DNA of 20,000 nt, taken from the IMG/VR virus record IMGVR_UViG_3300032294_001063. One strand, 5' to 3'. The notes under the pieces were generated by a model. That model did not search any database. It worked only from the letters and a program-made list of their open reading frames with translations, and was not told the DNA's origin. Shown piece after piece: positions 8,017 through 14,193 of this stretch (position 1 is the stretch's first letter; every line of letters starts with the position of its first letter). Origin of the DNA: an uncultured virus (IMG/VR IMGVR_UViG_3300032294_001063). Taxonomy: Duplodnaviria; Heunggongvirae; Uroviricota; Caudoviricetes. Made by a program: the position numbers and the translations under genes.

Positions 8017-8199
8017 TTATGCGCCGATTTTTACCATAGCCCAACGCATACCCTTTTCAGTATTCAATCCTAGTTTAGTTAGATTAGGACGAATAGAAAC
8101 GATTTCTGCGATTGTTCCTGTAATACCCGACTTGCCTGTGGTAAATACATCTCCCTTGCGGTAGAAGCGACCCTTAGCAGTATCTAGTATTGGTGCCAT
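8017..8199 (-). CDS. small beta-rich protein, paralog of 8749-8904
   Basis: TT.KSGITG...RW motif; AACGAAAGGAA RBS. Confidence 0.75.
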   Translation of the reverse strand: MAPILDTAKGRFYRKGDVFTTGKSGITGTIAEIVSIRPNLTKLGLNTEKGMRWAMVKIGA

Positions 8200-8263
8200 T
8201 TGTTTTTCCTTTCGTTAGTAGGTGGGTGAGCAGTTTATAGACTTGCTCAGGTCATTAGATTAT

Positions 8264-8680
8264 TTAGAGATACTTAGCAATTTGCTTCATTGTAGAAGCA
8301 TTTACTGTTTCCTCATCTGTCATCTTTAGAATTGTAAGGGCATTTGTGATGTCCTCTTTCATCTCACGATAAGTGTGCTGATGGATAATCTCAAAATCCT
8401 TTTCAGGCTCTTTAGGAAAATCAGTTTCTTTCGTGATGATGTCAAAATCAACATTGAGAGTGTTGTTCCATTGACGATAGTTTGTGCGAAGGTTCTCAGC
8501 CTTTGCGAAGTTTGCGATAGCCCACTTGCCAATTTCCTTCTGCCACTTTTCACGGGCTTTCTGAAACTTTGCTTCGTTTGCTTCTTGTGAGGCATAGTCT
8601 TTTTCTAGTGTTGCTAGACGATTTTCTAGTGCCTTGATTACCTTTGGTGTTGCCACCTTTACTGTGATTGCTCTTGACAT
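8264..8680 (-). CDS. hypothetical protein
   Basis: 138 aa ORF, AACGAAAGGG RBS. Confidence 0.8.
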   Translation of the reverse strand: MSRAITVKVATPKVIKALENRLATLEKDYASQEANEAKFQKAREKWQKEIGKWAIANFAKAENLRTNYRQWNNTLNVDFDIITKETDFPKEPEKDFEIIHQHTYREMKEDITNALTILKMTDEETVNASTMKQIAKYL

Positions 8681-8710
8681 TATTTCCCTTTCGTTCGGTT
8701 GTTTGGTTGT

Positions 8711-8732
8711 ATTATAGCAGGGGGGTCTGACA
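8711..8732 (-). promoter_or_regulatory. PafBC/RecA-NDp-type promoter
   Basis: TGTCAG-ACCCCCCTGC-TATAAT. Confidence 0.75.
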
Positions 8733-8748
8733 ACCCCCCTGCCATTTA

Positions 8749-8904
8749 CTACTTAGCAGATACGCTTGTCCAGCGTTCTTGTCCCTCTACATCTAGTAGC
8801 ACACGATTTACACCGCTTGGGTGATTGTCAATAGCCTTGACAATTCCTGTGATACCGCTTGTAGTTGTTGTGTAGGTCTGCCCTACTTCTAGCATTGTTG
8901 CCAT
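8749..8904 (-). CDS. small beta-rich protein (51 aa, MATMLEVGQTY)
   Basis: Translated manually; AACGAAAGGAA RBS; similar to 8017-8199. Confidence 0.75.
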   Translation of the reverse strand: MATMLEVGQTYTTTTSGITGIVKAIDNHPSGVNRVLLDVEGQERWTSVSAK

Positions 8905-8930
8905 TTTTGTTTCCTTTCGTTTAGGGGTTT

Positions 8931-8952
8931 ATTATACAGGGGAGGTCTGACA
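8931..8952 (-). promoter_or_regulatory. PafBC/RecA-NDp-type promoter
   Basis: TGTCAG-ACCTCCCCTG-TATAAT. Confidence 0.75.
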
Positions 8953-8996
8953 TTTCCCACCCTAATCTCATTATTTGAGAAAGTTATTGTGTGATA

Positions 8997-9260
8997 CTAA
9001 TCACACTCAGGTAGCCACGCATCTAAGTGGTGCTGTTCGATTATAGCCGATGCGGGTGCAAACTTACCTCCACGATAAGACACGCCTTCAGGCATTTCGA
9101 TCAACCTGTTATAGTCCTCATCATAGTATGCGTCAATAGCCTCGATGCAAGGCTCGACCATTGAAAGAGGAACGGGAGGGTAATGATTACCCTGTAAGTG
9201 CATAGCAATACCTTGTTCTAAATCTAATTCTGCAAAATCTAATGCTGTGCTGTATCCCAT
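8997..9260 (-). CDS. hypothetical phage protein (HL..NHYPPVP)
   Basis: 87 aa ORF, GAAGGA RBS. Confidence 0.8.
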   Translation of the reverse strand: MGYSTALDFAELDLEQGIAMHLQGNHYPPVPLSMVEPCIEAIDAYYDEDYNRLIEMPEGVSYRGGKFAPASAIIEQHHLDAWLPECD

Positions 9261-9262
9261 TA

Positions 9263-9487
9263 TTAGTTTCCTTCCGCAATAGTTACTTCAGCCCAAGTGT
9301 TATTTTCATTAGCAAGTGGTAATACATTAGACATACCAAGTGCGTGTAGTGTTGCTTCTTTGCACATTTGCTGAATTGACTTCTCATCAAGAGCAATTAG
9401 CGCAGGCAATAAATTTGCAGGAATTTTATCCAAGTCAATAATAGCCTCGAATACAACTGTGTGTGGAACTTTCATTAGATTAGACAT
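9263..9487 (-). CDS. hypothetical protein
   Basis: 74 aa ORF, AACGAAAGGT RBS. Confidence 0.75.
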   Translation of the reverse strand: MSNLMKVPHTVVFEAIIDLDKIPANLLPALIALDEKSIQQMCKEATLHALGMSNVLPLANENNTWAEVTIAEGN

Positions 9488-9515
9488 AACTTACCTTTCG
9501 TTGTTGGATGAGAGT

Positions 9516-9537
9516 ATTTTACCGCAGGCCACCGACA
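9516..9537 (-). promoter_or_regulatory. PafBC/RecA-NDp-type promoter
   Basis: TGTCGG-TGGCCTGCGG-TAAAAT. Confidence 0.8.
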
Positions 9538-9554
9538 TTTGCTAATCAATTCTC

Positions 9555-9650
9555 GGCGTGTCGCAGCTTTTGTGATATTTCTCACAAAATCCAGGGTTAT
9601 CCACAACTAAGTCGTAAGCCTGTGGAAAACCCCGCAGTATTTGCGGGCCC
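9555..9650. promoter_or_regulatory. Intergenic module: GGCGTGTCG, CRP-type site, DnaA-box pair, CCCGCA/TGCGGG
   Basis: 9555-9563; TGTGA-TATTTC-TCACA 9571-9586; TTATCCACA 9597, TGTGGAAAA 9621. Confidence 0.65.
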
Positions 9651-9651
9651 T

Positions 9652-9765
9652 TTACTCCTCCTGGTCCCAGATATCAGGATCCACTTCTTTTAAATATTTT
9701 ATTGCAGCTTCTCTCTGATCATCATCACCCATTACCGTGGCCATTAATGCATTAAAGTACTCCAT
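9652..9765 (-). CDS. hypothetical peptide (37 aa)
   Basis: AAGGAG RBS; MEYFNALMATV... Confidence 0.55.
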   Translation of the reverse strand: MEYFNALMATVMGDDDQREAAIKYLKEVDPDIWDQEE

Positions 9766-9777
9766 GTTTATTTCTCC

Positions 9778-10497
9778 TTATTTTTTAGTTGCGCTAAATC
9801 GAATGTCTGCTTTACCATACACACACAATCCACAAGATACACAAGCAGAACCTGCATTGCTAATTAGTGGAATACTTTTCATATTCTCAGGACATTTAGC
9901 GCCAGGCTTGCCAGTTAATTCTTTCATTGTGTTTTCGGTTACGGCGAATGTCTTTCCTAGATAAGCAAGGCGGACGCCAGAATTCTTTTTTAACTCGTGG
10001 CCCGTTTCTTTATTTTCATCATCGGTAGAATAGTAAAGAGATAGATTAGAGACATCCTTAAGAATAAGCGCCGCAGACTTTACTCGTGTGTATACCCAGA
10101 ATTGAACATCGGGATGATTAGAGATAGCAGTCTTCCAGGCATATGTATAAGTATCATTAAAGAAATCGCCGTCCCAGTGGATACGGAATAATTTAGGAGC
10201 GTCTTTCTTTTCACAATCATTGACAAAGTCAACAATCATCTCATCAAGCAATAGTAACATTGCGTCCATATCTGCATTACGTAGGAGCTCCCAGTTATGC
10301 AATAGATTAGTTTTTACGCCCTTGAATAATTTTTCAAGCTTGCCCGCATAGCACACGCTTTCGCAAATACTAGTGGCGCCAGGGCAAGAATATTCCTTGC
10401 CTGCAGGTAATCCGAAAGTGTTAGCAATTGCAGCCTGCTTGCCATTTTTTGTGACAAGGTTAGCCACCTTTCTATCATTAGAACGTTTAAGTTTCAT
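9778..10497 (-). CDS. Gp88-like Fe-S (radical-SAM-related) phage protein
   Basis: CPGATSICESVCYA cluster, FRIHWDGDF, FWVYTR, C-terminal CVSCGLC; leaderless ATG 10497 is 7 nt after TATAAT. Confidence 0.8.
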   Translation of the reverse strand: MKLKRSNDRKVANLVTKNGKQAAIANTFGLPAGKEYSCPGATSICESVCYAGKLEKLFKGVKTNLLHNWELLRNADMDAMLLLLDEMIVDFVNDCEKKDAPKLFRIHWDGDFFNDTYTYAWKTAISNHPDVQFWVYTRVKSAALILKDVSNLSLYYSTDDENKETGHELKKNSGVRLAYLGKTFAVTENTMKELTGKPGAKCPENMKSIPLISNAGSACVSCGLCVYGKADIRFSATKK

Positions 10498-10504
10498 AGG
10501 CGTA

Positions 10505-10526
10505 ATTATAGCGGTTAGATCTGACA
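10505..10526 (-). promoter_or_regulatory. PafBC/RecA-NDp-type promoter (leaderless transcript)
   Basis: TGTCAG-ATCTAACCGC-TATAAT. Confidence 0.75.
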
Positions 10527-10528
10527 TA

Positions 10529-10738
10529 TTAGTAATCCTCATCCATTCCAAATCCAGCGGAAGCAAGAGCGTCGGAATCAGCCCAGCCAGTTAGTTCATA
10601 GAATTCCATTTCTTCAGCATCATAGCATTCAGCGCAGGTATAATCATCACCATAGATTTCATATTCTTCAATTGAATCGAAAGTTTCTTGAGCACCACAA
10701 ATTTCATAGTTCAAGCAAGCGACAGTAAATAGTTCCAT
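10529..10738 (-). CDS. small acidic Cys-containing protein
   Basis: 69 aa ORF, AACGAAAGGT RBS. Confidence 0.75.
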   Translation of the reverse strand: MELFTVACLNYEICGAQETFDSIEEYEIYGDDYTCAECYDAEEMEFYELTGWADSDALASAGFGMDEDY

Positions 10739-10768
10739 TAGTTGGACCTTTCGTTAGTAGATAGTGGA

Positions 10769-10790
10769 ATTATAGCAGACTAGACTGACA
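10769..10790 (-). promoter_or_regulatory. PafBC/RecA-NDp-type promoter
   Basis: TGTCAG-TCTAGTCTGC-TATAAT. Confidence 0.75.
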
Positions 10791-10882
10791 TTTTTTGCAA
10801 CCCGCCCCAGAATCTAGGGTGTTTTATATCACACCCGTAACGACACGCCCGACTCCGCAGCTCTGCGGGCATTTGTCGACAA

Positions 10883-11014
10883 TTACGAATCTAATTTATT
10901 TTTATGTTTGATCTTGCGTGTGTATTTTTTTTTATTGCGAACAGGTTGCGCCGCATTACTGCGACGCAATTCCTGAATGCGTTTTACTTTATCTCGAAGT
11001 GAAGTTTGGAACAT
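10883..11014 (-). CDS. small highly basic protein, ArfA-like tail
   Basis: MFQTSLRDKVKRIQELRRSNAAQPVRNKKKYTRKIKHKNKLDS, translated manually. Confidence 0.55.
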   Translation of the reverse strand: MFQTSLRDKVKRIQELRRSNAAQPVRNKKKYTRKIKHKNKLDS

Positions 11015-11180
11015 TATATCCACTCGCTTCGTGAAATCGTTTTACATCAAATCGCTCATTATCTTTTGCGAACATCTCTGCAAAATCGTGAACTGTTTTA
11101 GAAAAAACAGCGGGGTGAACTTTATTACTGAGATACTTTAGAATTTCAGCGGTTGCAATATAATCTTTGCGTGTCATCAT
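10989..11180 (-). CDS. hypothetical phage protein (MTRKDY...N.RFD..RF)
   Basis: 63 aa ORF, GAGG RBS. Confidence 0.8.
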   Translation of the reverse strand: MMTRKDYIATAEILKYLSNKVHPAVFSKTVHDFAEMFAKDNERFDVKRFHEASGYNVPNFTSR

Positions 11181-11380
11181 TTTACTACGACCTCTCCTGT
11201 GCGATAAAATAATTTAGTGTAGCATTTTCCAGTTGGTGTAAATAAATTTACAGTTGAGTATTCGTTAGCCATTCCCCAATCGGTAAATAAGAAAAAGTTT
11301 TCCCACGCACCATATTCGCTTTCATATTCGGCAGACCAATGAGGAGCGTTGCTATCATAAGCGCAAGTTAGTTTATACAT
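11177..11380 (-). CDS. hypothetical protein
   Basis: 67 aa ORF coupled to neighbours. Confidence 0.7.
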   Translation of the reverse strand: MYKLTCAYDSNAPHWSAEYESEYGAWENFFLFTDWGMANEYSTVNLFTPTGKCYTKLFYRTGEVVVK

Positions 11381-11515
11381 TTAGATATTCCAATCTTCTA
11401 AGGCGCACTCACACGCTTCTACATCATAATTATTTTCATCTCCCCAAAATAGGAAGCCAGCACCACCACACTCATCACAAGCAACGGCAATTATTTCTTT
11501 TACATCTTTTACCAT
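11381..11515 (-). CDS. small Zn-finger-like protein (CDECGG...CEC)
   Basis: ATG 11515 with AACGAAAGGAA RBS. Confidence 0.7.
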   Translation of the reverse strand: MVKDVKEIIAVACDECGGAGFLFWGDENNYDVEACECALEDWNI

Positions 11516-11543
11516 TTTAGTTTTCCTTTCGTTTGTTATCGGT

Positions 11544-11565
11544 ATTGTATCAGTTGCCACTGACA
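11544..11565 (-). promoter_or_regulatory. PafBC/RecA-NDp-type promoter
   Basis: TGTCAG-TGGCAACTGA-TACAAT. Confidence 0.75.
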
Positions 11566-11696
11566 ATTGGCAAAACTGGAGAGCCCTCTAGTTCTAAGCC
11601 GATTTCAAGTGTTAGCAATTCATCGGGAGTGGCTTCGGATAAATCTACCCAGCCCGCACCCTCATCATTCATTCTAAAAATTTCAATGTATCCCAT
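11550..11696 (-). CDS. hypothetical protein (48 aa, MGYIEIFRMN)
   Basis: Translated manually; GAAAGGAA RBS. Confidence 0.65.
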   Translation of the reverse strand: MGYIEIFRMNDEGAGWVDLSEATPDELLTLEIGLELEGSPVLPIVSGN

Positions 11697-11788
11697 TTAT
11701 AGTTTTCCTTTCATAAAAATTTGGTGAGAGTTCTTACTTACGACATTGGGCGAGAACACTCTCTAAACTGCCCCTGTTTCGATTTTAT

Positions 11789-12004
11789 CTAATCGGTAGT
11801 TTTTACCGCTACTGTGCGATAAGTTCTGCGACCAAAATTGTTGTATCCGCTATTTGGCATAACCTCTACCAAATAAGTTTCACAACCATCATACCAAATT
11901 GCTTTAGGGTGCTTTTCGGCAGATACGATTTCACCTTGTAAGGTGCGTGAGTAGTAGTTAGTTCCTACAAGTAGGTTTTCGATTGTATAGACATTTGCTG
12001 ACAT
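11789..12004 (-). CDS. hypothetical protein (MSANVYTIE)
   Basis: AACGAAAGGTGG RBS before ATG 12004. Confidence 0.75.
   Translation of the reverse strand: MSANVYTIENLLVGTNYYSRTLQGEIVSAEKHPKAIWYDGCETYLVEVMPNSGYNNFGRRTYRTVAVKTTD
11982..12003 (-). promoter_or_regulatory. PafBC/RecA-NDp-type promoter overlapping the start of a CDS
   Basis: TGTCAG-CAAATGTCTA-TACAAT. Confidence 0.55.
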
Positions 12005-12038
12005 AAGTTGCCACCTTTCGTTTGTTGCTATGTCTGAA

Positions 12039-12060
12039 ATTATACACGACCCCACTGACA
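12039..12060 (-). promoter_or_regulatory. PafBC/RecA-NDp-type promoter
   Basis: TGTCAG-TGGGGTCGTG-TATAAT. Confidence 0.8.
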
Positions 12061-12109
12061 TTTTTCTACTTACTAGCCAGTAATTCCAAATAGTAAGACG
12101 CTCAATCGG

Positions 12110-12270
12110 TGTGTTCTTCATCACATCAAAATGTCCGATTTGTCTGTCAAATCGACACGCCGCAGAATTCAGGGATTTTTATAACAAATCCGTAACGACA
12201 CGCCCGACGCCGCAGCTTTTGCGGGCCTGTCAAATCGACACGCCGTTGTGTCGATGTGAAATGTATCACA
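12110..12270. repeat. Intergenic module with three CGACACGCC copies and two CRP-type sites
   Basis: TGTCAAATCGACACGCCG at 12145 and 12228 (again at 12860); CGACACGCC 12196; CRP-type 12110 and 12255. Confidence 0.75.
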
Positions 12271-12273
12271 CGA

Positions 12274-12363
12274 TTATTCGTGGATACACTTATATTCGAT
12301 CTCGTGACCGAATTCATCTACGAGTTCTTCGTAGATTTCGTCTAAATAATCTAAATAATCCAT
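12274..12363 (-). CDS. acidic peptide (29 aa)
   Basis: AGAAAGGAA RBS, TAATG coupling. Confidence 0.5.
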   Translation of the reverse strand: MDYLDYLDEIYEELVDEFGHEIEYKCIHE

Positions 12364-12467
12364 TATTTATTTTCCTTTCTAATAGTAGCGGATAGAACCG
12401 CAAGGGCTTCAGCCTTGCTTGCTTCACGTTGTTGCTCAACGTGTTTTTTGAATTCATCTAAATTCAT
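12363..12467 (-). CDS. hypothetical peptide (34 aa, MNLDEFKKHV)
   Basis: TAATG coupling at both ends. Confidence 0.55.
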   Translation of the reverse strand: MNLDEFKKHVEQQREASKAEALAVLSATIRKENK

Positions 12468-12655
12468 TATGCTAACCAACTTTCTTTGGTATATGCTAAC
12501 CACTCACCAAGAGTCATAAGACCCTTGTATTCATTACAATTTCCGCAGAAAAAACTTCCTGCGTAGTCTGAGCAAAAAACGCAGACGATTTGATTTGCTT
12601 CATCAGCAGAAACGTTTTCGAGAGTAATCTCTCTGATTTGATTTAGTGTAGTCAT
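12467..12655 (-). CDS. small Zn-binding protein (CVFC...CGNC.EYKG)
   Basis: AGAAAGGTGG RBS. Confidence 0.7.
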   Translation of the reverse strand: MTTLNQIREITLENVSADEANQIVCVFCSDYAGSFFCGNCNEYKGLMTLGEWLAYTKESWLA

Positions 12656-12691
12656 TTTGACCACCTTTCTTTTTTTATCTTGATACCTAGT

Positions 12692-12713
12692 ATCCTAACA
12701 TAGACCACTGACA
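12692..12713 (-). promoter_or_regulatory. PafBC/RecA-NDp-type promoter
   Basis: TGTCAG-TGGTCTATGT-TAGGAT. Confidence 0.75.
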
Positions 12714-12730
12714 TTTTGACCTGTTTTTCG

Positions 12731-12877
12731 GGCGTGTCGCAAAACTATTTTTGTGATTTAGGTCATGTGGATAACTTGAGCTCAAAATTTGGGGGATTTC
12801 CACACCTGTTCATAAACCTGTGGATAACTCCCGCAAAAGACTGCGGGCCGATCTGACTTTGTCAAATCGACACGCCG
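12731..12877. promoter_or_regulatory. Intergenic module: GACAC repeats, CRP-like site, three DnaA-box-like 9-mers
   Basis: GGCGTGTCG 12731; TGTGGATAA 12766 and 12819; ATTTCCACA 12796; CCCGCA/TGCGGG 12830-12847. Confidence 0.65.
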
Positions 12878-12885
12878 TTATTTAT

Positions 12886-13083
12886 TTATTCATTTTCTAA
12901 TTCTGCTAAATAATCTTCGTGCTCTACTAATCCAATCGCAAACGCAACGGGATCGCAACACTCTAAGATTTCGGCGGGTGTAAAAGTTGAGTAACCAATT
13001 TTTACAGTAGGATAAATATCATTTAGAAAATCTATAAAGCTTTCTTTGATTTCTAAATCTTTTTCAAATTGTGATTTATTCAT
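12886..13083 (-). CDS. hypothetical protein
   Basis: 65 aa ORF, GGGGGA RBS. Confidence 0.75.
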   Translation of the reverse strand: MNKSQFEKDLEIKESFIDFLNDIYPTVKIGYSTFTPAEILECCDPVAFAIGLVEHEDYLAELENE

Positions 13084-13189
13084 TTAGTCCCCCATTTTTT
13101 ATGTCTTTGATTACGGCGATTAGTAGCGGGATAGTAACTCCCGCTAGTAGTAATTGGACGGCGGTAGTTAGTAGGCGATTAGTAGTCAT
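13076..13189 (-). CDS. small membrane peptide (37 aa)
   Basis: Hydrophobic LLTTAVQLLLAGVTIPLLIAVI; TAATG coupling. Confidence 0.55.
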   Translation of the reverse strand: MTTNRLLTTAVQLLLAGVTIPLLIAVIKDIKNGGLNE

Positions 13190-13344
13190 TACTTATTCTT
13201 CTTTCTCTTATAAATCTTATAGGCAATAGTTAGGGCGGTGATAATAGCGATAGTGTGCCAAGGTAGATAGATAGCCCCTAAGAAACTATCTAACTCTAAT
13301 CCGTAGTCGCTAGTTATGTATAACTCTAGTCCATCTGTAATCAT
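13189..13344 (-). CDS. small membrane protein (51 aa)
   Basis: TAATG coupling; TM segment followed by a basic tail. Confidence 0.6.
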   Translation of the reverse strand: MITDGLELYITSDYGLELDSFLGAIYLPWHTIAIITALTIAYKIYKRKKNK

Positions 13345-13514
13345 TAGTCGTTCCAATCTAGTGTAAGTGATTTAGATAGTTCATCTTCATCATATTCATC
13401 AGAGCCAAACTCTATTAGACCTTCTTCTAGAGCCTTGTTATACATTTCTTCTTCATCAAGATAAACATAAGCATCTTTTATATCTTCTTGAATTGTATCC
13501 CATTTAGTCATCAT
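13344..13514 (-). CDS. acidic hypothetical protein (56 aa)
   Basis: TAATG coupling; GAGG RBS. Confidence 0.6.
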   Translation of the reverse strand: MMTKWDTIQEDIKDAYVYLDEEEMYNKALEEGLIEFGSDEYDEDELSKSLTLDWND

Positions 13515-13678
13515 TACTTTACCTCTACTTTCATTACATTAGCGGAAAACTTTACTTTCTTTCCTAAGTCGCTAGCATTTAGCGAGGCGATTAGGTGGTC
13601 AATAGCCTTTATATCGTGGGCTACATTGTCAATACTTAGTAGGCGAGAGCCTTGCCAAATTGAGTAAGTGATAGTCAT
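13514..13678 (-). CDS. hypothetical protein (54 aa, MTITYSIWQG)
   Basis: AACGAAAGAAG leader; follows promoter 13722-13743. Confidence 0.65.
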   Translation of the reverse strand: MTITYSIWQGSRLLSIDNVAHDIKAIDHLIASLNASDLGKKVKFSANVMKVEVK

Positions 13679-13721
13679 TATCTGTTCTTCTTTCGTTAGT
13701 AGTTATTTTGTTATGTCTGTA

Positions 13722-13743
13722 AGACTACACTAAGGGGCTGACA
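13722..13743 (-). promoter_or_regulatory. PafBC/RecA-NDp-type promoter
   Basis: TGTCAG-CCCCTTAGTG-TAGTCT. Confidence 0.7.
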
Positions 13744-13782
13744 TTTACAACCTTAGCGGGGGTGTGTCGTGTGTGAGTTACC

Positions 13783-13953
13783 TCACACTAGACTAGGGGA
13801 CTTATCGTAGGTGTATCCTACGCCTGTCTCATAGTATGCGAACATCTGTTCGGTCTTATGAGTTCTATCTACTTTACAGATAGTGTCCCAACTATCGCCT
13901 GTCCATTGACAGGATAGGCATTTACTTACTAGATGAGATAGTGTTTTAGTCAT
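13783..13953 (-). CDS. small Cys/His protein (56 aa)
   Basis: AAGGAG RBS, TAATG coupling; CLSC...C....H. Confidence 0.6.
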   Translation of the reverse strand: MTKTLSHLVSKCLSCQWTGDSWDTICKVDRTHKTEQMFAYYETGVGYTYDKSPSLV

Positions 13954-14123
13954 TACTTAGACTCCTTATCTATACAGTTGATACAGTAGCAAGCCTTGCT
14001 ACTTAGTAGGTCTCGCAAGAGAGCCTTTCTAGTGTAGGCATTTAATCCGTATGAAGATTTTACTCCACCATTGTGGAAGTCGTGCACGATTGTGCTATAC
14101 AGAGTTTCTGTTAGTTGAGTCAT
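13953..14123 (-). CDS. hypothetical protein (56 aa, MTQLTETLYS)
   Basis: AGAAAGGAG RBS; first gene of the minus-strand array. Confidence 0.65.
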   Translation of the reverse strand: MTQLTETLYSTIVHDFHNGGVKSSYGLNAYTRKALLRDLLSSKACYCINCIDKESK

Positions 14124-14171
14124 TATCTGACTCCTTTCTTAGTAAGACTTTCTTACTTTCTTTATACTATA

Positions 14172-14193
14172 AGCCTAGCAGGGGGGACTGACA
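14172..14193 (-). promoter_or_regulatory. PafBC/RecA-NDp-type promoter
   Basis: TGTCAG-TCCCCCCTGC-TAGGCT. Confidence 0.7.

Noticed and set aside
836..12395. Plus-strand ORFs in the ORF track (e.g. 836, 1346, 2153, 5971, 8375, 10373, 12111)
   Set aside because: Antisense shadows of well-supported minus-strand genes; no RBS or promoter
12110..12880. CRISPR array suggested by repeated TGTCAAATCGACACGCCG
   Set aside because: Only 18 bp, irregular spacing, genes between copies, no cas genes
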